This document shows, one piece after another, positions 24,369-35,956 of a stretch of 64,000 nucleotides of DNA (its first letter is position 1; each line of letters starts with the position of its first letter). The notes below the pieces were generated by a model. It worked only from the letters and a program-made list of their open reading frames with translations. It did no database searches and had not been told where the DNA came from. Source of the stretch: Hydrolagus colliei (Eukaryota); NCBI GenBank assembly GCA_035084275.1, contig CM068761.1:8618001-8682000 (forward strand). Reading direction: 5' to 3'. The translations under genes and the position numbers were made by a program.

Positions 24369-27300
24369 TCAATCCCACTGCCCTGCCCGCTCCCCATAGC
24401 CTAATAGACCCGTTCTCCCTAAATAAAGATCTAATTCCCTTTTAAAAGTTATCATCGAATCTGCCTCCACCACCTTTTCAGGCAATGCATTCCAGATTTG
24501 AACAAATCGCTGAGTGAAAAAAATTCTCCTCAGCTCCCCTCTACTGCGCCTTGAAACTATTTTAAATCTGTGACCACGAGTCACAGATTCACCCACGAGT
24601 GGAAATAGTTTTTCTCTATTTGCCCTGTCGAAACCCCTCATGATCTTATAAACCTCTATTAGGTCTCCCCTCGATCTTCTCTGCTCCAGAGAGAATAGCC
24701 CTAGCCTATCTAGCCTCTCCTCATAGCTGAAGTCCCTCAATCCTGGCACCATACTGGTAAATCTTCGTTGTACCCTTTCCAATGCCTTCACATCCTTTAT
24801 GTAGTGTGGTGACCAGAATTGAACACAGTATTCCAGCTGAGGCGTCACCAAAGTCCTATAGAGTTTAGTCAGCACTTCCTGACTTTTGTACTCTATACCC
24901 CTATTTATAAAGCCTAGTATCCCATATGCCTTCTTAACTGCCTTGTCTACCTGTCCTGCCACCTTCAACGAGTCACTAACACAAATCCCCAGGTCTCTCT
25001 GTTCCTTTACACCATTTAAAATTGTACTATCTAGCCTATATTGCCTCCCTTCATTTCTTCTCCCAAAATGCATCACCTCACACTTCTCTGCATTAAACTT
25101 CATCTGCCATGTGTCTGCCCACTGTACCAATTTGTCTATATCCTCTTGCAGATGGCTACTATCCTCCTCACTGTTTACTATTCTCCCTAACTTAGTGTCA
25201 TCTGCAAAATTGGAAACTGTACTCCGTACACCCAAGTCCAGATCATTGATGTAGATTACAAACAGCAATGGTCCCAAAACCGATCCCTGTGGCACACCAC
25301 TGCTCACTTCCCTCCAATCTGAAAAACAGCCGCTCACTACAACTCTCTGCTTTCTGTCTCGCAGCCAGTTGTGGATCCACGCTGCCACTGTCCCTTTTAC
25401 GCCATGGGCCTTTAATTTCATAATAAGTCTCTCATGTGGCACTTTGTCAAATGCCTTTTGAAAGTCCATGTAAACTACATCAACTGCGCTACCATTATCC
25501 ACCCATTCCGTTACCTCATCAAAAAATTCTATCAGATTTGTAAGGCAAGATTTGCCTTTAACAAATCCATGTTGACTGTCCTTTATTAGCCTATATCTTT
25601 CTAAGTGAAGATCTACCTTGTCCCTGATTATGGACTCTAGAAATTTGCCCACTACCGACGTTAGACTGACTGGTCTGTAGTTATCAGGCTTGTCCTTCTG
25701 CCCCTCTTTATACAAGGGAGTAACATTAGCTATCCTCCAGTCCTCTGGCACGACCCCTGTGTCCAAGGAAGGTTGAAAGATCGTGGCCAGAGTCCCTGCT
25801 ATTTGCTCCCGTGCCTCACTTAGTAAACTAGGGTGCATCCCATCCGGACCAGGTGACTTATCCACCTTGAGCGACGTCAACCTTTTTAGCACTTCCTCTC
25901 TGGTTATAATTATTCTATCCATTTCTCCTACCCTCTCCTCTAATACCATGGCATTGGCTGTATCATTTTCTTTTGTGAAGACAGAGGCGAAGTACTCATT
26001 CAGTACATCAGCCATGCCCTCTGCCTCCACAATGAGATTTCCTCCTAGGTCCCTAATTGGCCCCACCCTCTCCTTGACCAACCTTTTACTCTTAATATGT
26101 TGGTAAAAAACCTTAGGGTTCCCCTTAATCTTACTCGCTAATTGTTTTTCATGCAGTCTCTTTGCCCCTCTAACTTCCTTTTTTAGTTCTATCCTACACT
26201 TCCTATATTCTGCTTTGTTCCTTTCTGAATTTTGAGCCTGACACTTATCATAAGCCTCTTTTTTTTGTTTTATTTTGGCCCCGATTTCCTTAGTTATCCA
26301 TGGAGGTTTGGATGCCTTACATTTCACCTTTGTGGGGATGCTTTTGACCTGTGCCTGAACTATCTCGTCTTTGAACGCTGCCCACTGCTCGTTAGTTGTC
26401 TTACCTGCCAATTTTTCTTTCCAATCCACCTTGGCTAGGTCCCACCTCAACTCATTGAAATTAGCCCTTTTCCAGTTGAGTGTCCTCACCTGTGATCGTT
26501 CTTTATCCCTTTCCATAATTATTCTGAATCTAACGATATTGTGGTCACTATTCCCTAGATGCTCACCTCCAGAAACCTGTTGAACTTGCCCTACCTCATT
26601 TCCCAAAACTAGATCCAGCAATGCTTCTTTCCTCGTTGGACTGGAAACATACTGATCAAGAAAGTTGTCCTGCACACACTTCAGGAATTCTTCTCCCTCC
26701 TTTCCCTTTACTCTACTATTCTGCCAGTCTATGTTGGGATAGTTGAAGTCACCCATTATCACTACTCTATTAGTTCTGCATTTCTCCGTGATACGCTTGC
26801 AGAACTGCTTGTCTATCTCCTCCCCACTATTTGGTGGTCTATAGTATACCCCTAGCAGTGTAACTGCACCTTTTTTATTCCTCATTTCTAACCAGATAGA
26901 TTCGGTTTTTAGTCCTTCTTCCACCTCGTTCCTTTCTAAGGCAGTCACTGAGTCCTTAACTAAAATTGCCACCCCGCCCCCTTTTCTCCCTTCTCCATCC
27001 CTCCTGAATACATTATAACCAGGAATGTTCAACTCCCATTCCTGCCCATGCTGGAGCCAAGTCTCTGTTACTGCTATAACATCATATCGCCTCGCAGCAA
27101 CCTGAGCCTACAGCTCACCAATTTTATTTCTCAAACTTCGTGCATTTACATACATGCACTCTAAGGCACAAATTACTTCCTCTGCATTTTTCTCCCGTCT
27201 TACCTTTACCCCTGTCCTCTTTATTACCCCTCCCGTATTTGAACTACTGATCAGTTTCCCACCCTCACCCCCCTGGATTAGTTTAAAGCCCCCCCCACAA

Positions 27301-27377
27301 AACTCGACAACCTCCCTGCAAGGAGATTGGTTCCAGCCCTGTTCAGGTGTAACCCATCCATTTTGTACAGGTTCCAC
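24369..27377 (-). pseudogene. CR1 ORF2 (AP endonuclease plus reverse transcriptase) with one in-frame stop
   Basis: Motifs YVNARSL, TETW, GDFNYP, SDH, DFQKAFD, GVPQGSVLGP and FADD. TAG at 27108-27110 corresponds to CAG in the paralog at about 54229. The frame continues open for more than 887 codons. Confidence 0.93.
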
Positions 27378-28180
27378 CTACCCCAGAATTGGTCCCAATG
27401 GTCTAGGAACCAGAAACCCTCCTTCCTACACCACTTCTCCAGCCATGCATTGATGTGCCTTATTCTAGCATTCTGGAACTGGCTTGCTCGAGGCACTGGA
27501 AGCAACCCAGAGATCACCACTCTCGAAGTTCCACTTTTTAGTTTACTCCCTAGTCTCTGGTACTCTCCCTGGAGCATCTCATGTCTTTTCCTCTCAACTT
27601 CATGGGTCCCAATATGGACCACCACAAGTGGATTTTCCCCTTCCCCTAGCAGAATTTCATGCACCCGCTCAGTCAAGTCTTCAACCCTGGCACCTGGTAG
27701 GCAACACACCTTCCGAGATTCGCGTTTCCGTTCACAAAAACGCCTATCTATACCACGGACAGTTGTATCTCCTTTTAAAATGGTCTTGATGGAGTTGGTT
27801 TGTCCAACCTTCTCACAGACCTCCTTATCCAAACAGGTTGAAAGTACTTCATACCTGTTGGAAATGGTTACAGTCTGGGGTTTCTCTGCACCAGTCTTGT
27901 GGTTCCGCACACCCGGTCGTCTGACTGTCACCCAGTCCTGACCGTGGCTGGCAACAGCGCACTCTTGTTCCCTAGGTCTTGGTGGAGTGTCAGGCTCTAG
28001 GATGAAACTATCTAAGAAGCTCTCCCCTTCCCTGATGCACCGCAATGTCTCCACCTGATACTCCAGCTCAGCTATTCTAAGCTGGAGCTTCCTCAGGTGC
28101 AGACATTTGCTGCAGATGAAGTCACCTTGGCTCAGGTTTCCCTCCATCAACTCCCACATCCCGCATTCCTCGCACATCAC
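27278..28180 (-). CDS. CR1 ORF1: zinc-finger/coiled-coil plus SGNH esterase-like domain
   Basis: CEECGMWE..CSKC, a leucine-zipper-like LQLRIAELEYQVETL, and SGNH blocks GDT / PGA / GTHE / DGLHLN. Overlaps ORF2 by 100 nt. Confidence 0.85.
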   Translation of the reverse strand: MMCEECGMWELMEGNLSQGDFICSKCLHLRKLQLRIAELEYQVETLRCIREGESFLDSFILEPDTPPRPREQECAVASHGQDWVTVRRPGVRNHKTGAEKPQTVTISNRYEVLSTCLDKEVCEKVGQTNSIKTILKGDTTVRGIDRRFCERKRESRKVCCLPGARVEDLTERVHEILLGEGENPLVVVHIGTHEVERKRHEMLQGEYQRLGSKLKSGTSRVVISGLLPVPRASQFQNARIRHINAWLEKWCRKEGFWFLDHWDQFWGRWNLYKMDGLHLNRAGTNLLAGRLSSFVGGALN

Positions 28181-28859
28181 ATGCCAGGTAATTATCTCGA
28201 CTTACTTCCCTGGGATATATAATCTGCACCTACTTCCCCCTCTGCACCTAATTCCCACTCTCACCCAATTCCTTCTCACTCTGTCCTCGCCTCACTCCGT
28301 CCGTAGCTCACTCTGGCTGGCTCTCTGCTCGATTGAGATGCAGAGAGCAGAAGATATCTAGCAGCCGACATCACTAAGAGATAGCATGTAGATGCGGGAG
28401 AGAAGGGGAGCAAGAATGGATCCTCGAGGTACCCCACTTCATCCTCGAGGTGACTACGTGGAAGTGAGAAGAAAAACTATTTGCAGAAATGTAGTGCTGG
28501 CGATTTGTGCTATACGACTCGAAACAAGCAAGTGCAGTCCAACTAAGGTGCGTAATAGAGAAAAGTTGGTAGAGAAGGAATCAATTGTGTCCTGTGCAAC
28601 TTGTTTTTGTTGCTATTCATCAATGTTACAACCAAATTTTGCAGTTGTATTATTACGGCTATTGTCCCTCTTCCTGTTTGTATCAGAAATAAAATAATTC
28701 TCCTCCATCATCTTCGTGAATATTTGAGTAGAAAATGGTCCCCTGAAACCGTCAGTTGTGCTGAGTGATTCAACACTCATTTTATTATTTGAATTGGTTA
28801 ATTGCAGCTAGTGAAGGGAGGAGCTGGGAAGGCCGACGAGGAGAGAGTTCCCGTAAGCG

Positions 28860-30700
28860 AGGATTAATGTGATGCATGCATGGATGCATTTCAGCGCCTT
28901 GGGACGTCCTCCCGACGTGAAAGGCGCTCTATAAATGTAATTTGTTGTTGTTGTTGTTGGATGAGCGTTTTGGCAGGGTTGGGTGTGAGGCAGTGGAAGA
29001 GTCTAGCAATGTTGCGGAGGTGGTGGAAGGCAGTACCGGTCATGGTGCAGATTTCGGGGAGGACGGAGTTCAGGATCGAACAAGATGGCCAGATTTCTGA
29101 CTGGCTTTGAGAGTTGGAGAGTACAGCCTTGAATGCTGATGTTGCCAGCGCTTGTGTTGAGGTGCTAACATGAGCCAATCAGGAAGGCCTCCGTCTTTTT
29201 GATGTTCACTTGGAAGAAGTTGTCCCTCGTTCAGGACTCAATATCAGTCAAACACGCAGTCAGAATGCCGGTAGTCCTGGAATCGAGGGTGGAAGTGGAA
29301 AGCTAGAGTTGGGTGTTATCCGCATATATGTGGAAATTTATCCCATATCTGTGGATGGTGTCACCAAGGGGAAGCATGTAGAGGGTGAAGAGGAGGGACC
29401 CAAGGACAGAGCCTTGAGGAACACTGCATGAAACTATGCAAGGGCTGGAGGAAAAACTGTTGGAATGCAGACAGTGTGAGAGGTATGACTGGAACCAATC
29501 AAGGACAGAGCCTTGAAGGCTGAAGAAGAAGGAGAGGTGGTGGAGGATGATTGCATGGTCCATGGTGTCAAAGGTGGCAGATAGATGGAGGAGGACGAGG
29601 AGGTAGAGGGAGCTCTGGTCGCAAATGGACAGGGTGTCATTTGTGACCTTGACTAGAGAAGAGGACAGCACGGAAACCTGATTGGAGGGGTTCATAGGGT
29701 GCGTAAAGAGCAGAGCTGGGAAGCAACCACTCTTTTAAGGACCTTGGACAGGAAAGGGAGTTTGGAGATAGGCCAGTAGCTTGAGAGCTGCGACATATCA
29801 AGGGAAGGTTTTGTTACGATTGGTGGTGATAGTTGAAGCTTTGAGGGGAGTGGGAATGGTGTCAGATGAAAGGGACAGGTTGATGCTGTCAGCTATTAAT
29901 GGGGCTAGATGGTGGAGCTGGTTGATAAGGAGAGGTGGGGGGTGGGGGCCCAGGGAGCAGGTGGTGGGCTTCATGGGGGGATGTTTTTTGTGATAGAGGA
30001 CGGGGAGATGGGATTGAAGGTATGGAAAAAGGGATAGATAGGAGCTGAAGTGTGGGAGGGAGATGGGGAGGGTGTGGAAATTGGAGGGACAGTGGAGGGT
30101 GGCAGAATGGATTCCCTCGATTTTGGACTCAAGAAAATAAATATAATAAAAGGAGTCCAGGGAAGGGGCGAGGGGGAAGGAATTGAGTGATGGAGTTCCA
30201 GAGTTTAGGGGCAGAATGGCTGAAGGCTCACCGCCAATGGTGGAGCGGGTGGGTTGCAGGACATGGGGCAGGCTGGAGCCTGCTAAGTAGAGGAGCTATA
30301 GAAGTTGTTAGGGGTTTAGAAGGTTGCAGAGGTAGGGTGGGGTGAGACCGTGGAGTGCTTTGAGTGTTAGGTCCAGGATCTTTAATTGAATCCTCTGGGT
30401 GATGGGAAGCCAGTGGAGTTGGGTGAGAATGGGGGATTTGTTGTAATGGAGCTTGTAGCGGTAGAGGACATGGACTGCAGAGTTCTGGATTATCTGCAGC
30501 CTATGGAATGGGGAATCGGGAAGGTCGACAAGCTGGGAGTTGGTGTAGTCACATCTGGAAGTGATGAAGGGATGAATGAGGTTTCATCGGCCTGAGGGGT
30601 GAGATATTGGCGGAGTCAGGCAATATTGTAGAGTGAGGCAGAGCTGGTATTGGCTTGAATGTGGGGGGGGGAAAGACAGTTGAGGATCGAACAAGGCACC
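28860..30700 (-). mobile_element. L2 LINE fragments (RT region and 3' tail)
   Basis: LLHLSATFDTMDH, VPQGSVLGSLLFTLYMLPLG and HIYADNTQL. The stretch at 28890-28960 (CAGCGCCTTGGGACGTCCTCCCGACGTGAAAGGCGCTCTATAAAT(GTT)n) is a plus-strand tail. Confidence 0.85.
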
Positions 30701-30719
30701 TAGGTTCATGATTAGCTTG

Positions 30720-31100
30720 ATGATTTAATGGTTTGCAATCAATTAAATAGTGACATGAAATGACAGCAACTTGAACGTTTGAAATAAACTACAGTGACAC
30801 CTGCAGGTGTTAAAAGGTCAACAAAATGCTGCGAAGATAAAATTGGTATGTTTTTTTAACAATAGGCTTTGGGTACACTGGCCACAGGGACAGTGTGGGG
30901 GGGAGGTTATCTCTTCTGTGAGCTCTTGGAGTTGGTATATTTTCATGTTTCATTTGCATCTGACGGACATGTAACCTTCAAATATTTTGTCACTCCTTTT
31001 AGTAATCTAAAAGCTTGGCACAATAATGGTCTTAAGTGTGTGGTTAATACATTGATTTCGTTTAGCAGATATTAGGGGGCTGGAGATGGAGAGGACAAAA
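30720..31100 (-). promoter_or_regulatory. Stand-alone copy of the conserved element found downstream of C exons
   Basis: Aligns with 34640-35000. Keeps ATTTGCATCTG (30952) and has CAGGTG. The Ets site is mutated. Confidence 0.55.
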
Positions 31101-31589
31101 GTATCTCTGTAAACATCTCTCCTGACTCCCTCTGATCCACCTGAACCACAATGAAACCTACCATTTGCTGCCTCTACCACTCCCATCGAATTGCTGATTC
31201 CCCAGCTCTCCCTCCTCTGCCCACTGCTGGAAGACACTTTAACCAGTCCTACTCAGTGTGAGCCACTTTATGACAAGGTGAAATGATGGACAACAATCCT
31301 CCTGTACACAGCTTGGGCACAGAGCCATGCAATCCGTCATATTCGTAATGGAGAATACTCAATGCGTTAACATTAAAGCTCTAACATGTATATTCTCTCT
31401 GGTGGCAGCAAACTAGATAATTTACAATGAATAATTGATACATTGCAATATCTAATTGAACATCTGTCATGATTTTATCTGTTAAACTTCAGCTAACACT
31501 GCAGTCTGTTATTGAGGGTAATGATAGATTAGGGTTAGGGAATGCTTCCCTTGGAAACTTGACTAGTTACACAGTTCCTTTGGATTCTT

Positions 31590-31688
31590 GACTAATCATA
31601 TGTAAAGGAAACTTGCCCATGCTTTGCACTGCCAGGAATCGAATCCAGGCTTCTCGCTTGTAAGGTGAGTGCTCTAACCACTGAGCAT
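31590..31688 (-). mobile_element. tRNA-derived SINE head
   Basis: Reverse complement reads GCTCAGTGGTTAGAGCACTCACCTTACAAGCGAGAAGCCTGGATTCGATTCC. Confidence 0.75.
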
Positions 31689-31689
31689 T

Positions 31690-32750
31690 TCAGATCTTGA
31701 TTCCTTGTATCGTTGGCCACCTTCGCTTCACCCTATACATGCTCCCACTGGGTGACATCATCTGCAGACATGGGGCAAACTTCCACATGTATGCAGGTGA
31801 CACCCAACTCAACCTTTCCGTGTCCACCCTCGAATCAAGGACTACTGGCGTTCGGACTGCTTGTCTGTCCCACATTGAGTCCTGGACGAGGGCCAATTTC
31901 CTCCAGCTCAATGTCCACAAGATGGAGGCCGTACTGATTTGCTCGCAATGCAGGCGCTGACAACACCAGCAATAAAGGCTGCTCTCTCCACCTATCGAAG
32001 CCAGTCAGGAATCTGGACATCTTGTTTGACCCCAAACTGTCCTTCCTCCCTGATATCCACTCCATGACTGTTACAGCCTTCCACCACCTCTGCAATATTG
32101 CCAGACTCCTCCACTACACCACCCCCAACGCCGCCAAAACTTTCATTCACGCCTTTATCACTTCCAGGTTTGACCAAGGGAACTCTCTCCTCATTAGCCT
32201 TCCTAGCTCCTTCCTTCACAGGCAGCAGATCATTCAGAACTCTGCAGCTAATGTACTCTCCCGTGCCAGGATCTGTGAGCCCATCACTCCCACCCTCGCC
32301 CGTCTCCACTGGCTCCGCCAGAGGATCAAATTCAAGATCCTCGTCCTGACATTGAAGGCCATTCACGGCCTTGCCCCCGCCTTTCTCTCCGACCTGCTGT
32401 CTCCCTAGCAGCCCGCCCATCCCCTCCGCTCAGCAGGCTCTGGCCTACTCCACATCCACTGCCCTAACCGCACTACCATCGGTGGCCGGGCTTTCAGCCT
32501 CTCTGCTCCCACACTGTGGAACTCCATCCACAGTCCCTTTGCCTCGCTTCCTCTCTTTCCTCCTTCAAGGCCAGTTTCAAAACCTTCCTCCTCAACCATG
32601 CCTGCTGGTCCCCTCCTAACTCTTCCCCCTCTCCTAATCCCCTTCCCTCACCCCGACACTTCCCCATCTTCTCGGGTCCCGTCCTGATTGTTCAGAGCTT
32701 TGGAACGTCCTCCCGACGTGAAAGGCGCTGTATAAATACAGTTTGGTTGT
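31690..32750 (+). mobile_element. 5'-truncated L2 LINE with 3' tail
   Basis: LYMLPLGDII..HMYAGDTQL, HAFITSRFDQGNSLL and RIKFKILVLTLKAIHGLAP. The tail is GACGTGAAAGGCGCTGTATAAAT. Confidence 0.9.
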
Positions 32751-33439
32751 TGTGTGATTCTGCTGCTATAAACATCTATTGTGTTTGGCTGGAAAAACGG
32801 TCGCTACAAATAAGAACGGGAATAGATTTTATAAGAACTATAAAATAGATACTAAATCATTCAAATTGTTGCCTCTGTATCACAGAGGAATCTATTTTAT
32901 TGATTGTGAAACAGTGCCAACTACCGATCGAGTGTTTAAGTTCAAGGTGATCCTTCTGCTCCTCGCCCTGATTCTGTCCACATCTGGTCGGTCAGCAGCT
33001 AAGAAAATAAAGTCAAAAAGTTTGTAGAAATTGTCAACCTGTTAAATTCATATGAAATTTTGAGAATCACTTTCCGCAGTTTAAGCAGTATAATTTATTC
33101 TCAAATATTCACAAACATTAAGGAAATTGATCCTGTTGTTTCTCATATGAACAGGAAGAATGACAATACTCCAAATAATAAAATTGCAAAATGTGGTAAT
33201 TACATCGATGAAAAACAACAACATCTTGCGTCTATATAGCGCCCATTACACAGGTAATCTCTCAGATTGCTTTACATGGATGGGGATAGACACCGACTAA
33301 GGAAGACATTAAATAAATAGCGGGAAGTTTATTTCAGATCCAGTCAGCAAAACAAAAGAACACGCCATAAGTGATGTAATGTTCTATGCATTCTTTCTTT
33401 CTTTTATTAAAATTGCAAAATTTAAACTGAGTCGAGTGC

Positions 33440-33465
33440 TGTCAATGCAAATACTTCCTGATGAT
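33440..33465 (-). promoter_or_regulatory. Octamer-Ets composite motif (paralog of 3702-3730)
   Basis: ATGCAAAT (33445-33452) directly followed by ACTTCCT. Confidence 0.5.
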
Positions 33466-33924
33466 TTTGTATGGGACACGTAAAGTGGTAACAACTGAAC
33501 ACATCGCTAGTCTTTTAGAAGTCTTCTACATTCAGTGTGCATATCGATATATTTCCTCATCTTTCGCTGAAAAACAATGATTTTGGCTGTATCAAAATGT
33601 GTTCTCAGTGGGTTTGAGTCATTGTGGCCACTAATAATATAAAATGTTCCTGAAAGATGGCCGAAGTAATCTATTTGAAGCTTCCTCCCCATAAAGAACA
33701 ATCAATAATCGCAGTTTTGACTCACAAATTAGCACATGATTCGGAATGTGTAAACATAGTAAACATGCAAACATGGCCCCGATTGTTTGTGATAACCGTT
33801 GATAACCATTAATAAATGCAACTTCTCAGGTTAAGAGACTAGCAGATTATATCGTGTGAATGTAGAAAAAAGGCCGCTTACTGTCGGTTGTGTTTCAACA
33901 GTCATTTATTGTTTTTATTGTTGT

Positions 33925-34230
33925 GTGGACTCCTGCAGCTCAGTGGTTAGAGCACACGCCTTACAAGCATGACACCTGTGATCTAATCCAGGCAGGGCGA
34001 AACCTTGGGCAAGTTTCCTTACTCCACATGCCTAATAATAATCTATCCCCCAAAAAACTATTGTAAATTGATAATTTCAACCAATGACTGTTTGTGGGAC
34101 ACTGCTGGGCTGCAAGTTTAGTCCGTAAATATACAGTCAATTCACTTTACAGTATACTTGAAGCACTCTGAGATGCCGTCCGGCATGGAGGGCGCTATAT
34201 AAATCGAAGTTGTTGTTATATATTCTGTGA
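33925..34230 (+). mobile_element. tRNA-headed SINE
   Basis: GGACTCCTGCAGCTCAGTGGTTAGAGCACACGCCTTACAAGC...GGGCGCTATATAAATCGAAGTTGTTGTT. Confidence 0.8.
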
Positions 34231-34689
34231 AGTGCTTTGAGACATCTAGAAGACATGAAAAGCGCTGAATCAAAATGCAAGGATGATTACCGGTATTATT
34301 ATTATATTTATTGGTTCCTTCAACTGCATTATACTCTTCTAAGTAATGAATTCTCCTGATTCGAATGTGAATATTTCCAATTATATTATACATAATCTGG
34401 GGATTAATGTGACATGAGTAAATCTAGAATTTTTTGCGGTATGTTTAAGATTTTCTAAATTTATTAAAAATGTGTAAGCATCACCATTATGCCATTATCT
34501 GCTGCGATTGTGACATTGCTCATTGTTGTCCCGTTATCTTCTTAAAATAGTTCCAATTAAATAAGGCAATACTTTATATTTATTTCCACATTGATCTACA
34601 AAGACACACTTTACAATGCGTACCGATTTAATGGTTTGCAATAAAGGGAAATATTGATACAAAATGATAGAACCTTGAATGATTTCAAT

Positions 34690-34870
34690 AATAGTGACAC
34701 CAGCAGATGTTAAAATGTCAAGGAAATGCTGCAATGAGGAAGTTGGTATGTTTCTTAGCAGCAGGCTTTGGGCACGCTGGCTTCGGGGGCGGGGTTGAGG
34801 GAATAACTTTTCCGTGAGCTCTTCGGGGAGGGTACATTTTCAATGTTTCATTTGCATGTGAAGGATATGT
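34690..34870 (-). promoter_or_regulatory. Candidate 3' enhancer downstream of C (unit C)
   Basis: CAGATG, GAGGAAGT (34736) and ATTTGCATGTG (34850). Conserved behind all three C exons. Confidence 0.55.
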
Positions 34871-35336
34871 AATCGTTAAATATGTTGTCACTCTTTGGGC
34901 GTAATAATTTAATTGGTACGATGGTATATAAGTGGATTTAGTTCTATAGACATTGGCGGGTTGGAGAGGGAGAAGGCAGGTGTATCTCAATGAATTGGCT
35001 TCCAAACCCAGGGTGAATGTACAGCTTTGTTGGGACTGAGCATTTCACGTGTGCCAACCATCATGACCTGATTATTGAACATCGTGCAATATTTTAAATC
35101 CATTTTAATTTATTTCCAGTTTAAGAAGGTAATTTTTTTTTAATAATGAATAAAAGACTCTCAAATAACGACCTGATTATCCAACCTTTTTCCCAAAAGG
35201 TTTGGATGGTTAATTTGAAACACATCCAAGTTTAGTTCAAAAAGTAAACCTCGTGGTATAAACAAAAATATTAATGAAATTAAGAGAAGAAATGGAAGAA
35301 AAAGAGCCACGACACGGAGGGCAATGCAGGAATCAT

Positions 35337-35342
35337 TTTATT
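35337..35342 (-). terminator. Polyadenylation signal, unit C
   Basis: AATAAA about 295 nt after the C stop. Equivalent sites at 49054 and 58500. Confidence 0.6.
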
Positions 35343-35634
35343 AAACTGCTGTATTTCTTATTTCGGTAATACTACGCAAGGGGCTTGATCAATGTAATGT
35401 GAACGCACTGTAAAATACAACCATTCATTTCCAGCAGACGCACAAATTATTGTTGCCGCTGTGAATACAACACTTCTAAATCTAAGCTTCTTTCTTTCCT
35501 TGTATACGCCAATTTCTTTCTCAATTTCCATTTCATGGCTAATTGAATTTAATTTCCCAAAGATGATAAACACAATAAAACTATTAAATGTAGATTGTCA
35601 AAGATACATTCCCCTAGCGCTATACATTCCTGAT

Positions 35635-35956
35635 TTAGGTACAACTGGATCTGGCGATGGTTTTTCCAGCGGAGTCCCCCGAGTCTCGTGTTTGACCAGA
35701 CAGGAATACAGCTCGTGTGACTCCCACTCGGAGGCTGGCAGAGTGAGATAACTGCTCACACTGTATGTGTTGTCCACCTCCTGCTTGATCGCACTCGTTT
35801 CAACACCTTCACTTCTGGCACTGCCATCCACAGTCCACTTGACCTCCACAGCTCCTGGGGTAAAATAATTCACCAGACACACCAGGGTCGCCTTGCTCTT
35901 TCCTGTGATTTGATCTGGTGACGGCGGAAGGACAGTCACCGAAGGGCCCCGTGGGT
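35635..35956 (-). pseudogene. IGLC: Ig lambda-type C exon with a 1-bp deletion (unit C)
   Basis: [44 protein letters not shown]. An A5 run at 35661-35665 (A6 in the paralogs) frameshifts away the terminal SSC motif. The exon is 322 bp against 323 bp. Confidence 0.9.

Larger units (their letters stand above)
24278..28330 (-). mobile_element. Near full-length CR1-clade LINE
   Basis: ORF1 and ORF2, a 3' UTR and an (ATTCTATG)n tail at 24278-24304. The 5' boundary is approximate. Confidence 0.95.

Noticed and set aside
24886-27941. Antisense ORFs over CR1 (also 53579-56300)
   Set aside because: Shadow frames of ORF1 and ORF2 with no independent support.
33925-34000. Functional tRNA genes
   Set aside because: Acceptor and T stems are degenerate and every copy continues into a SINE body and tail.
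35661-35665. C frameshift as an adaptive alternative C-terminus
   Set aside because: It is a 1-bp loss in a homopolymer (possibly a sequencing error) in a unit with other disabling lesions.
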